A DNA stretch of 64,000 nucleotides from Catajapyx aquilonaris (lineage: Eukaryota): NCBI GenBank assembly GCA_000934665.2, contig KZ538330.1, positions 1 to 64,000 on the forward strand. The letters run 5' to 3'. Position numbers and translations under genes: made by a program. Every line of letters starts with the position of its first letter. Position 1 is the first letter of the stretch. The notes beneath the pieces were generated by a model that was not told where the DNA came from, did no database searches, and worked only from the letters and a program-made list of their open reading frames with translations. Positions 27,432 through 38,959 of this stretch are shown piece by piece.

Positions 27432-27639
27432 TTTTCCTTCCCTCGAAATCTTGACTAATCACTTAACTTGCTCTCATAATCTAGATCATTCCTTCCCTAG
27501 AATGAAAGTAGGAATGTCACATTTACAAGATCAAAACCATTTCAACTCCCCACATGCAGATTAATCACTAACATAACTGTAACATTGTTTTGTGCAGCTG
27601 ATCCAAACTCCTATCTTTTTTCATTAACTTGAGCAAATA

Positions 27640-28826
27640 CAGTTGACTCCGGATATGACAGCCTCAGTTATTACCGACTTGAATGGCTGGTCCCGGCATA
27701 CTTTCATAACACAGTGCGTATTTTTACTTGTGATATAACCAACGCATTTTCACCTCAACTAGGGTATAACACACCATTTTTTGGCCCCTCTGCACAGGAA
27801 AATGTGCTGTTTTTTTATTATTCAACTTCGATGCGCAGGAGGGCAGAGAATACTTGAGGGGGGTGATTTTCCCATTCTGTCACTGGACTAAGCTACTCAA
27901 AATCATACTTTTTCTGGTATATTTGGCAATAAGAAGATGGCAGAAGAAAATTAGTATTTTTTATTATTCTGACTAATTTATGGATGAGCTAATTTTGCAT
28001 TTTTGTGGATAGATTCATTAATAAATGCAGTAGTGTCCATTATAAGCATATGGAGAGCAGAAAACTCGTGCTTTGTTACAAAAGTGGTGATTTGGCTATA
28101 ACAGACCTCGGTTATAACACTTTTCCCCCTGGCACCTCGAAATCTGTTACAATAAAACTTCTAAGTCGAACTTCCCTCAGTCGGAAGTTCTGTATAAGTT
28201 GATGAAATCTATGATCTTGGTTGGTCACAATGTAAAATAATAGATAATAAACTTCCCTAGCTCAAATTTCTATAACTCAAAGCTCTCCATAACTCGAAGT
28301 GCTGGCAGGGCCTTACGATGGGATGTCAATGCATTTTCAGTCTCCCTAAGTCGAAGTTCATGTTGGCGAGTCCGGAAAATTTTCTCATTTCCCAGCCGAA
28401 GGGTCGAGAGTGGGCCACATGTACAGAAAAGCTCTTTCCTGATCTCCGTCTACCAGAATGACTCATGCCATGGAATAGTGTCAAGTCTTCGTGTGTGGCT
28501 GGAATCCCAACCAGACATACCACAAGAAGTGTTTGACTCGATTGTAAGAATACATTGAATCCTTTATTAAGAGTGACAGCCGATCTAAGAGTAGGCAAAG
28601 TTCCATGTTTTTTTTTTAGAACAAAACAATGAGGAACATTGTAGTGTGATGTGACAGTTACTTTTAAGTTTTGAAGACCTTGTCGCTGGATATAAATGTA
28701 GGCTTCCTTATGTGCTTAAAAAATTCCAAACTTGTCCAACTTGAATCTTCTATAACCGGAAAGATTTTTTCCAGTCCCATGGAGATTCGACTTATAGCAG
28801 TTTTACTGTATATCCAGAGTCAACTG
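27640..28826. mobile_element. pogo/Tigger-like composite MITE in the Jarid2 5' intron
   Basis: TA-CAGTTGACTCCGGATAT...ATATCCAGAGTCAACTG-TA, with a second nested end TTTTACTGTA at ~28801-28810. Confidence 0.65.
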
Positions 28827-29569
28827 TATTATTTACTGATGATTCAATTATGCTAGAAAAATCCCAGGTGCCTTTTGCCCTACAGAAAATTCTTTTACGG
28901 CACACCAAAACATATCTGAGGCAAAGTAACATGTTTTCTGTGGGCTGTTGGACTGCATTGGCATGAGAAGAGCATGTCATTTTTCAGAGTCCAGAAAGTG
29001 TCAAAAGGAAGTACAAGAAGCAGTGTCCTGCCTCCTTCCCCTCCAAAAAGCAAGAATCCCTGGAACCCTCCTGCGTGTGTTGGTCAGACGGAATGGGAGA
29101 GGTCATTCCCCCGCCCTCCTTGTGTTTATATGTGTGTACCTATCTCGTCCCCAGTCCTCTGAACGTCAACCCTTCATGTGTGGGCGTCGACTGCACACCG
29201 GGCCAACAAGGGTGGGCCGTCGACTGGGCACGTCGGTCTTCCTCCGCCGCTGCAGGGAGGGGCAGTCCAGCTTGCAAGTTGACAACACCTTCCAGGCGAG
29301 AGGCAGGCACGGAAGGAAGGCAGCAGCACAATGATCTTCGGGTCGTCGCTCCCCCTTCCCCTCTTCCCCTTCCTTCCCTCTCCCCCCGCAGCTGCCTCTC
29401 CCTCTTCCGCCTTCCCTCTCCCCACCTCCCTCCCTCTCTCCCCCCCTTTTTCAATGAAAGGGAAGGAGGAGGAGGAGGAGGAGGAAGAGAAAACCGACGC
29501 ACCTGGACACCCTCATCTACGCAGAATTAATTCAGACCACGATTCAGACTGAAGCCAATGTTGACTCAC

Positions 29570-29690
29570 TGGTCACTGTTTTTTACACGTTCTGAAACAT
29601 GATTGCATGAACTCCCATTTAAAGTTAAAGACTTGGCGCCACTGCGGAGGATAAGATCAAGATGGCGGCCCCCACATCTCGCCTTGTGTG
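29570..29690. promoter_or_regulatory. Compact bidirectional promoter region between Jarid2 and mRpL33/DAP3, with a YY1/Pho-type motif
   Basis: CAAGATGGCGGC at 29658-29669 matches the YY1 consensus. A strong minus-strand donor GTGAGTC at 29569-29563 suggests a non-coding Jarid2 first exon ending at 29570. The surrounding sequence is CpG/GC-rich. Confidence 0.55.
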
Positions 29691-29757
29691 AATCCCACCA
29701 ACCAACGAGGCCGCGAGGGAGGGAAGGTTGGCTGCTCACTGGGGAGGTGGTCGAGCG

Positions 29758-29952
29758 ATGTTCTTGACTCGGGTGCTGCTGAAAAAGACCAAGTCCCTGA
29801 AGATACTGGTGTCCCTGGAGAGCCTGGTGACGGGGCACAGGCGCAGTGCAGTCAGGCTCAGGCTGGCCGACAAGCTCGAGAGGGTGCTGTGGGACCCGTA
29901 CGTCAGGGAGCAAGTGGTCTACAAGGAGAAGAAGAAGCTCCGAAGCCTGTAA
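29758..29952 (+). CDS. mRpL33: 39S mitochondrial ribosomal protein L33 (bL33m), intronless, 64 aa
   Basis: MFLTRVLLKKTKSLKILVSLESLVTGHRRSAVRLRLADKLERVLWDPYVREQVVYKEKKKLRSL*. Length, the MFL...KSK-like start, RLADKL...DPY and the KKxRSL end match metazoan MRPL33. Confidence 0.93.
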   Translation: MFLTRVLLKKTKSLKILVSLESLVTGHRRSAVRLRLADKLERVLWDPYVREQVVYKEKKKLRSL

Positions 29953-29987
29953 CCCTGCATGCGATTCCCTTTATTCAGAGACACACC

Positions 29988-32900
29988 ATGATGTACAGAT
30001 TGATGAGCAGGCGGATCCTCATTCATGCAACCCCGCTGCAGCGATTACTTTCTACCCAGACGTCTGCTGTTGCTGCTAATGCTGACTGTCGCACTAGTCA
30101 GAGTGACCCGGTATGAGTGATCACAGTGGCCTTTGTTTAGGATACAAGTTTCAGAGAAGTACGTGCCTGGATTTAACACTGACAGACCATACGCATAGGA
30201 CTTTATCCTGACCCATTGTACCAAAGGTTTGCCCTCAGGGTTTTACCTCCTGCAATGACACAGTAATGAATTATTGTACAAGGGACTCACCAATAAATCT
30301 TATTAAAATCCACTTTCTCTCATTTAGAGACAGCACACCCTTCTACATGAAGCTCGCTTCTACCAAATCCCTGATGAGATCAGGCAGCATCTCTTCACGC
30401 ATGGAGGCCTGCCCAGAAAGTTTGTGGATCACATACAACCTTTCCGAGAGCTAAGCCTCATGGTACGCAAGCCTGCCCTGGAAATCATGTCTGCCATGAG
30501 GCTTGCTTCTAAAGAGAGGCCTGCAATCAAATATGTGATGTGTATCCTTTGTTTCTTTAATAATGCCACAGATTACAGTGCAATAAAACCTTAGCAGCTA
30601 ATAGATGGTCAAATGGGAAATGGGAAGACGTTGACCCTGGCACATGTGCTTCACTGTGCATATGAATCTAACTGGATCCTGGTCCACATACCCTGGTGTG
30701 AGTTATTTGGAGTTTGTTTATTAGTTTACAATTATTTACATGCATGTAGATATAGGCTACAAGATGCAGGTGTGATATACTGACCTACATTGAGGGATTG
30801 TATTCATGAGGGCCAGGCTTTAGGGTATGTTTTTGTAAGCGCTGTTGACCCAATCAGGAGACGATGTCACTCTTGCATCATGTGTCCATAATTTGTTTTG
30901 TCTTGCATATTACAAACGGATGGGCATTATTTTTACCCGAAGTAGCAGATATTTGAGTTAAATACTTTGCCTGGATATTTGAACATTATACAACCGGAAC
31001 TGGGAGACTGTTATTTGCATTACATGGAAAACAGTCAAAAATTTTCGAACACTGTAATACAAAATGGAAGATTGTAAATTGAGTTACTTTTGTCCAATTT
31101 TCCATTGAGTTTTGCATTTCAAGAGAAATGCATGTAGCATGAATTGTGTTGTACAAAAGTAGGATAATGTACTGTTGTATAGACAAATACTCTTGTGAAA
31201 TGATACCAATAAATTCAATTTCCAGTGCCTAACTGGATGCGCCACTTTAAAGAGGTGGCTCCATCTGCTACAAGCCCTGGAATGGTGGATCATCCTTTGG
31301 ATGCTGCCCTCTGGCTTCAACACTTTCGCTCCCAGAATTCATCTAGCTTGCAGAAACTGAAGGTACCTTCCATATGAGTTGATGTTACAGTCTCCTTTTA
31401 CTACACGCATTTACTTGACAGCTGGTGACCACACGTCAGTATGAGTGGAGCCAGCGAGAGTCCACAGAATCAGGAGTGCCTCTGGATCACTTGGTTGAGT
31501 TTGGGGTTGCCAGGGCCAAGTTTGCATGCCAGTGTGTGTCTGCACTTCTGGGAGAGCTCTGTGAGCAGGCATCCTTGGGAATGATCCAACTACTGGTAGC
31601 TGTGGATGGTGCAAACGCACTCTTCATTGACAAGTCTCGTGTGCGCAGAGAGGACAAGAGTTATGTGATACCCTCGTTCATGACCTTGCCCATGGCCTTC
31701 CACTCCATAATGCAGGGAAACTGGGTAAGTGTTTGGGTAGTTTGCATGATGTGTGAATTACATTTTTAGGTTTCTATGCAAATGTTGATAATTACTGAGG
31801 TTTTAAAATATAACTAGAAAAACCCTCGCTACACTCGCATTTTTTCTATGGCGCGGGCGTAGCATACCACTCGCTTTGATGGCTTTTTCTAGGCCTACAG
31901 CCTGCAGTGCCTACCATATTGTTAATCACTTCGGATTTATAGCCAACGATGATGCCCATCCCCCAATCATATGCATACACCCCCACCCGTTCCTCCTTGC
32001 ATTCACATATCCTTGATTCTGTACCCTGCGACCCATCTCCAATCCCACCTTTGCTTTCCATTGGCTGGGAAATATGCATCTTCCCACCTCAACATACCAA
32101 TACCTTTTGAATTTTAAAATACCCCAGTTATTGTATGAACAGAAATTCACAACCTCTACCGCTTCTACTCGCATGCACTCGCACATGTGTCTAAATTATA
32201 TGCACACTTTCCGGCCACGTTTTTCTATATAACTGCTCATAACTCCCCCCCTATTATAAACGTCCATGGAACTCTGCAGTGTTTGTATTAGATGATCAAA
32301 ACACTGGTTTCATTCTCCCCGACACTTTCTTTTGACGTTTCGACCTGCCTGGGTTCAGAGTCCATGTAGTTGGCACCACTGATAAACAACATCCCAACCT
32401 AGCCTATGTTCGGTTTGTTTACGACATTCCAATTCGACCATTCCTCCTCTCCCCCTCCCCTGGTGTGAGGTCACCGTGAAGACATGGGTGGAGGATGGTG
32501 GAAGGGTAGAGGGGTGTTCACGGGAGAGGAGATGTGTCCTCGTTCACGTCCAGCAAGCGACTGTGGCGTTCCTTCCACCCATTGCGCATGCTCGGAAAGG
32601 GGGCCAATCGGAGGCGTCATGGTAACAATACGTCCAGGTAACAATGGACCGGGGCCAATGGGGAGGTGGCGGTAACAACAATTTGGGGGCTTATACACAC
32701 ACCGCAAGCATTTTAATATTATATAATGTATATATTATTATTATGTAATGCCTTGCTTCCTCAGTTTACTGCATAGTGTACTGAACAAAATCTGGAACAC
32801 TGGTCATATTTGCAAAATTTGGATCCCATTTCATGGTACAGTGCTGGACATATTAGCCGTCGCTGAATGTTTTTTTCCAGCGACGGCGGCGGCGGGGTTA

Positions 32901-33569
32901 CCTGGCAACCCTGTCCGGCGGGCCAATTCAAACATCAGCCCATGGAGAGCGCTTCCATTGTTGCCACTGTTTACAAATCGAGTGAGTGACGCGGACGACC
33001 CAGCGACGGGTCTCTTCTGCCTGCTCACTCACTCACTCGATTTGTAAACAGTGGCAACAATGGAAGCGCTCTCCATGGGCTGATGTTTGAATTGGCCTGC
33101 CGGACAGGGTTGCCAGGTAACGCCGCCACCGCCGGAAAAAAACATTCAGCGACGGCTAATTTGTCCAGCACTGTATACCTAATGATCTCCATGATTGGCT
33201 AATTAGGCATCAGGTTAATAGTTTATGACAAGAGAGTAATGATATTACTACTACACACAAAACTTCATCTTGCAGAACAATGGAGTGGTGATATCAGTAG
33301 TGGACCAGCTGGCTGAACCTTCGCCCCCTCCCCCTTCCCATCTCCCATGGGCACTACTGGGAGAGCATGGATTCAAACACTTGGATCCATTTATTCCTCT
33401 GGAAGTCCCACCCTACACCACCAAAGAGTTGGAGAGCTGCTTGGACTATTATGATGATAGGATGTGGTTGCAGCACCCAGGTTCAAAGACTCCTGAAGGG
33501 CGCAGGCAATATGCATTTCTCTCAACACACAATCCATTTCGCTTGATGCAGCTCACCTATGCCTACTAG
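29988..33569 (+). CDS. DAP3: 28S mitochondrial ribosomal protein S29 / death-associated protein 3
   Basis: Exons 29988 (or 29979)-30110, 30328-30541, 30605-30697, 31226-31362, 31422-31724, 33276-33569 (TAG). Arg-rich presequence-like N-terminus, RTSQSDP, LMVRKPALE, P-loop YGQMGNGKT, LVAVDGAN, GFKHLDPFIPLEVPPY, FLSTHNP. AATAAA at 33582-33587. An upstream coding exon at 29662-29685 is possible. Confidence 0.93.
30542..30604 (+). other. U12-type (minor spliceosome) GT-AG intron in DAP3
   Basis: 5' splice site GTATCCTTT; branch-site-like ACCTTAGC at 30588-30595 close to the AG; no polypyrimidine tract. Removal restores KYVMY-GQMGNGKT. Confidence 0.85.
31812..32730 (+). mobile_element. Possible non-autonomous Helitron/Helentron-like (HINE/DINE-like) element in a DAP3 intron
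   Basis: ACTAG start with a subterminal hairpin (GCTACACTCGC...GCGGGCGTAGC), and an ACACAC plus AT-rich 3' end; no TSD seen. Confidence 0.35.
32839..33173. mobile_element. Tc1-like foldback MITE
   Basis: TA-CAGTGCTGGACA...TGTCCAGCACTG-TA; near-complete palindrome with ~140-bp arms. Confidence 0.85.
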
Positions 33570-33730
33570 ATTTTGTAGAGAAATAAATGTGCTTGTATTG
33601 GATGCAAGACTGACTTTCATGATTTAATTATCATTTAATTGTGATGTCACCTGCAATTCCAGTGCCTTCGACAGCAGACAGCACAAGCAATGTATTGGCC
33701 CTAGCAAAATATTTTGCTGATGCTCATAGC

Positions 33731-34399
33731 CAGTGGCGTTGCTAGGGGGGTGCGTAGGGTGCAGACCACACCGGGTGACACCCTCCAAGAGTTCAAAGGG
33801 GGTGACACCCAAGTGATTGTTAAAAAATTATTTCCTCATTTTATATCGCCTGACATTCATTGATATACAGGGTGGATCAACTTCAAGTGTCGTTTTATAA
33901 CGGCGATTAATAGCAGTGATTTTGCGACGACGTAGCAGCGACGTGTAAAATGACCCACTTCGGCACCATCGAAAATATTAGCTGCCAATAGCAGCACACA
34001 CTGCTGCTGGGTTGACCTGGAAGAAAGTAGGTGCACACATGACCTGAGATGCACCTGGGTGAAATGCCTTCTTTGCGGACTGCCGGATTGGCATTGGTGC
34101 CGCATGTGGTTGCACTCGTTGCAGCAGGTTCATTACATGTACGCTAATATTGGCAGCTAATATTTTCAATGGCGCCGAAGTGGGACATTATTCACGTCGC
34201 TGCTATGCCAATCGTAAAGCGCTTCTATAGCCATTATAAAACGACACTTGAAGTTGGTCCACCCTGTATGTGAGAACTTCATTAGTACAAAACAATAACC
34301 AAGTATTCTGTACGGTCGGGCATGGGAGAAGGTCCTGGCCCCTGGGCCAGGGGACACCACGAGTTGCTGCACCGGGTGACAACACTAGCGACACCGCTG
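33731..34399. mobile_element. hAT-like MITE carrying a nested mariner-type MITE
   Basis: CAGTGGCGTTGCTAG...CTAGCGACACCGCTG with an 8-bp TSD CTCATAGC/CTCACAGC (1 mismatch). Confidence 0.75.
33868..34266. mobile_element. Tc1/mariner-type foldback MITE (nested)
   Basis: TA-CAGGGTGGATCAACTTCAAGTGTCG...CGACACTTGAAGTTGGTCCACCCTG-TA. Confidence 0.85.
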
Positions 34400-35802
34400 C
34401 TCACAGCAATAACAACAGGAGCAGCCAAGGTTGCAAGAGTCTTCATATCATAAGCTGTATTACATTACAGCAGGGCCTGCCTTTACCATCATGCAGTATG
34501 GCCACATTATTCTCACCTGTAAGTTTGATCCCCTTGATTTGTTCACTCCAGGTCATAACACAGAGGTCAAAATTTCTGATGGGGGCTGTGCCGTTTCATT
34601 TGGGTTGAAGCAGAGACTGACATCACTCACTGGCCAATTCTGGCATGAATTGTCACTACTAAACCAACAAGTGAAAATGCTGCATAGAAATATATTGTCC
34701 AGCACTCGACATCAAAGTTTGCTCTTTCTGTTAACCAAGATGAACTAGCATAATTCCAGTGCAGACCCATCACATTACTATGATAACAGAGTTCAGGCTT
34801 TGCCTAGTGGTGGAATTTTTGCCAGTGCATCACAATCTTGATGTGACAAATCAATAGCAACTTAACTCATCCATAAGATAGAATTCTCGCCACGATGCAG
34901 CATGCAGCCTTGGTGTGCATTTCAAATAGCCTGATCATTCCAGCATTCACAGGCATGGAAAATACTCATTTTGAGAAACTTCTCCAGGATCAAAGTATAT
35001 AAACAACATGACCCAGCTACACTCAGCTAATCCACAAGTTCGGTACATGAGTGGTCAGGGATTTGATAAAGAAATAACTTTTTTGCCTGATCACAGCAAA
35101 CACATAGGATGGCTTACTTTTTATTCAGGCACAACAATAAAGGGGCTAAGAGTCCATCTATCGAGATTTGCAGCAAGGTGTTGGTTATGTACATGACTAT
35201 GTATAAGGTCTCGGCAGCAAAACAGGTGTTAGTTGCTCCCTTGCGAGAGAACCTTGGTCAAACATTGCTCCACCTACTCCGCTGGCTCATCTGTCTTGAA
35301 CTTGCCTCTGTAGAAGGGGATGTATGTTACTATCACCTTCCAGTCAGTAAAGTACAGCATCCCCACAAATGCAGCTCCACCGTATGCAGCAGCAGTTGGC
35401 ATCCTAAGGGAGGGACAATAATTAAGTCACGCAAAAAATGTTATATGCATAAATGTACATAACGTGAAATGTTCGTGTTTGTGCAATGAATATTATTCAT
35501 GGTATTGTCACGAGGAAAAGATAACAGAAGAGGCTCTCAAATTCCATAAAAACATGTCAATAACAATTAACACAATTCAAAGTATAATGTAGAACGATTC
35601 GATTTTATCTTGACATGTGCAAGCTGCTAAACATGTTCCAAGACATCTCGGATAGATGTAAATGAATGAATAAATGCAACTGGTAGGTCCTTCTGGGGCC
35701 AGTCCTTGATTGGAGCAGTATTCCACAACTGCATTAATCTGCGTTAAGTGTTTTATGTCTTTGTTATTCTTACCACCCTTTACAACTTTTGCATAATGTG
35801 AG

Positions 35803-35908
35803 GTACTATATCGCCCAAAAAGATAGAGACGATTTTGCATTTGACTCAAGTGCAACTTGCACTTGAATCAAATGCCAATCGTCTCTATCTTTTTGAGCGA
35901 TATAGTAC
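35803..35908. mobile_element. ~100-bp hairpin mini-MITE, copy 2
   Basis: Near-perfect palindrome GTACTATATCGCCCAAAAAGATAGAGACG...CGTCTCTATCTTTTTGAGCGATATAGTAC. Confidence 0.8.
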
Positions 35909-36134
35909 ATTGTGTAGATAGTAGAACACACAAAACTAGTCGTAAGTCGCACCTGCTCACAGCAAGCTGGTTTTTCAAATTTCGATTCTATGCTCAGTGG
36001 GTCAAGTGCCTGCACAATGTTACATGGGCTCCCTGACTCAGTTTCCGGTAATTATCCAGTTTCCTTACTTGCACTGTCCTTGCAATCAATTTCCATTCAC
36101 TGGGGAAGACATAAATCAATTGGGATGAAGTTAA

Positions 36135-36411
36135 CCCTGGAACCGTGCCGTGCCTACGAGTATTACGGTAACTGTGCCGTGGGGTCTTTTTGGACCCCAC
36201 CATATTTTAATTTTTATTAATTATTATATAATACTTTTCAATGTATTGACTATATACAATCATTCTATGAACAATGCCTAAAATGATCGCTAATTCAAAA
36301 TAAACATGCACTTCCTGTTATATACTGTAAAAAAAATGCCAAAAGTTCATTGTAATGATCATTTTAATGCATTTTTTTCCTTGGGGTCCAAAAAGAGGCA
36401 CGGTTCCAGGG
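36135..36411. mobile_element. piggyBac-like MITE (short copy)
   Basis: TTAA-CCCTGGAACCGTGCC...GGCACGGTTCCAGGG-TTAA; same family as 60077-62067. Confidence 0.85.
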
Positions 36412-37997
36412 TTAACAAGCATATCTTAATCATCAGTGCTTCTCACAGTAGGTAAAGCTACACTTGAGGACCAGATGTGCTCACAATGATGTTGGCACAA
36501 TTCTGTCTCTCCCCCCCCACCCTGGCTGAGTTGAACGCACAAGGCCATGCCTCGAGTGTGTCTGGCCTACAGCTGTATCAGTCCTCTTTCATGGTAGGAA
36601 TGCACAAGCAGCTACATTTTGTCAGTTGTACACTTGTGAAAATGTTGCAATGGCAATCACAACTTGCAACAAGCTTGTTCCGAGTCATTATTGTGTTTAC
36701 TATTCTTTCTCGTGCTGCTCGTCTAAATTGACCGGGGCCCATTTGCGAATCTGCCTCGTTAATTTGACCGGCAGCAGCGTTAAAAATACCAGGTGTGGAG
36801 AAAATGTGTCGAGGGTTCACATTTCCTGGACACCCTCCGCGTTCCAACCCTTGGCTCGCCTCCTTACCAGAGCCCAGCCTGCTCGAAGTGCTTCTTTCCC
36901 AGCAGTCTCAGAGGGCCCATCATGGCTGAGGACATTCCACTGACCACTCTTGCCTGGAAATGGAAGGAACCGTCCGCGTTCCCCTCAAACTCGGAATTTC
37001 CTGGAGGAGGCCGATCCCTAAGCTCCGAAGAATGACCAAAAAGTGAGGAGAATAGCCAACCCCGCAACACTGGATGTGACGTCACGCGACCAACACGTTC
37101 ATTGGCTGCCTCATTTCATATTGAATTTCAAGGTCTGGTACCTACCACGTGAGCTGCCATTTTGGATCCAAGACCCGCAGAACTAGTTGGAAATTATGAT
37201 TTTTTTTTAAACTGAAAAAGACGTGCTCTGTCATTTCAAGTCCAAATGACGTTGTTGACATTATGAAGCAAGTTATAACAACAATGGGAACAAAGGTGAT
37301 GCCATTTGGAGCTTAATTCCCATGAATATCTTATCGCTTTTGTCAGCAATGATTACAGTAGTACCATTCATTTCCAAAAAGTGACTCCCATATGCAACAA
37401 GAATACTGCACATTCGAATCTTTCACAGGGTCCAATCAAAATAATATCTGCCATGATTAAGTTTTCTGCCGTAACCAAGGTTTGTTCTAGACATGATCCT
37501 ATGAGGTATAAACAAAGCATTACATTGTACATAGGCACGGGACTCTGAGGTGGTGTCACGTTCACATTTTTCTTCACCTTTTCAGTTTAACTCTCTTGAA
37601 AGTCTTGATCCTGCCTTGTGGATATTGTGTGTGTGCAAAAACCTAAGAGATTGTCCTCATCTCTATTGCATAGCACTTGCTTGGAGGGACAAAAAGAAGT
37701 AAATGCTCTACAGGTATTTTTAAAAACTGGTTAGGTGATGGACATGAATTTTTAATGGTTGACTTTTTAACTGCAGTACAGCTGTAGCTCTCACTAGATT
37801 TGTGGGGATGAAAGAAGCCTCATAAGAAAAGGCTGCCAAGTAAGTGCATATACACAGCTGGACAAAATAGCAGGCCCTACAAAATTTTCCGGTGTGACCG
37901 GCACAAGCAGCTATCTCAACTCCCACCATCCATGCTGGAAAATTTCTGGAGACTGCTATTTTGTCCAACCATGTACTGTACATTGCATTTGGCCTTA

Positions 37998-38192
37998 AGC
38001 CGCGCTTACATGTGAGCGATTTGATGAGCGAATTTTTCGCCAAACAGTAACATCACTGAGTAACCCGAGTAACCAGTATTGTTTGAGGCGAACATCGATT
38101 GTTACTTTCACCTCAAACAATATTGGTTACTCAGCGATGTGACCACTCGGCGAAGACTTCAATTGTCAAATTGCTCACATGTAAATGCAGCT
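37998..38192. mobile_element. PIF/Harbinger-like MITE
   Basis: TTA-AGCCGCGCTTACATGTGAGC...GCTCACATGTAAATGCAGCT-TTA; a related partial copy starts at ~58760. Confidence 0.65.
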
Positions 38193-38959
38193 TTAGAATA
38201 GGACTGGCATCACCATGGGCAACTGTGACTGTCAGCATGTTGACAGTCACAATTGCCTATGTGATGCCAGTACTTGACTGCATGGTAAAATCAAACTGAT
38301 TGGCATCAATACACATCATGTCCTCCCTACTCCTCAGTGTGATTGCTGAAGGAAATTCCTTTGTTCTACCCACTACCAATGTCCAACTCACTCACTGTCT
38401 GGCAGTTCAGGTAGCATTCGCTGTGTCTAAGCAATCCATTCACTATGAAAAGGACAAAATTGTTCTGCATGCTCAAAATATCTCCATCCTCCCCATCAAT
38501 TCAAGTCTATACCATGCCACTGCTTCTTCATTTTTCATGGCAGTGATTCTTTATTCACGTTTCAAAAAATACTGAAGACTACCGAAGGAATTCTGGATAT
38601 TTACAATTTGTTTCCCAAATCCCAATTAATATATATCTAGGATAAATACACAGGGCCCAATTCCCCAGCTAAAGTGGAGTGTAAGTGGGTGCTAGGATTG
38701 TTCACTTCAGCAACAAGTTTAAAAAGAAGCAACCCATTTGAAGCAACAATCTGTGACACCTTCATTGTAGTAGTAGGCTCTAGGCTGGTTCCTTCCCTTT
38801 AAACTGGTTGCTGCGGTGTACAATCCACAGCAACGTCACCTATACCCCTCTTGAAATGGGATTTGGGCAGACTTCTATTCATGAATATTGTAAATTTTAA
38901 AAAACTCTCCATATAAACAGTGGTTTCAGTGCATAATTATTAATATCATAAGATGGAAA

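Noticed and set aside
29688..30116. 142-aa ORF overlapping mRpL33 in the DAP3 frame, suggesting an N-terminally extended DAP3
   Set aside because: It starts at GTG with no upstream in-frame ATG. The N-terminal part is an alternative frame of mRpL33, and only the part from 29979/29988 looks like DAP3.
30140..30266. Possible extra DAP3 exon
   Set aside because: It would need a 30-nt intron and contains stops. Exon 30110 joins 30328 in frame with good DAP3 similarity.
34400..35800. Several 60-117-aa ORFs between DAP3 and CHAF1A
   Set aside because: No recognisable domain or consistent exon structure; probably UTR, intergenic or decayed repeat sequence.
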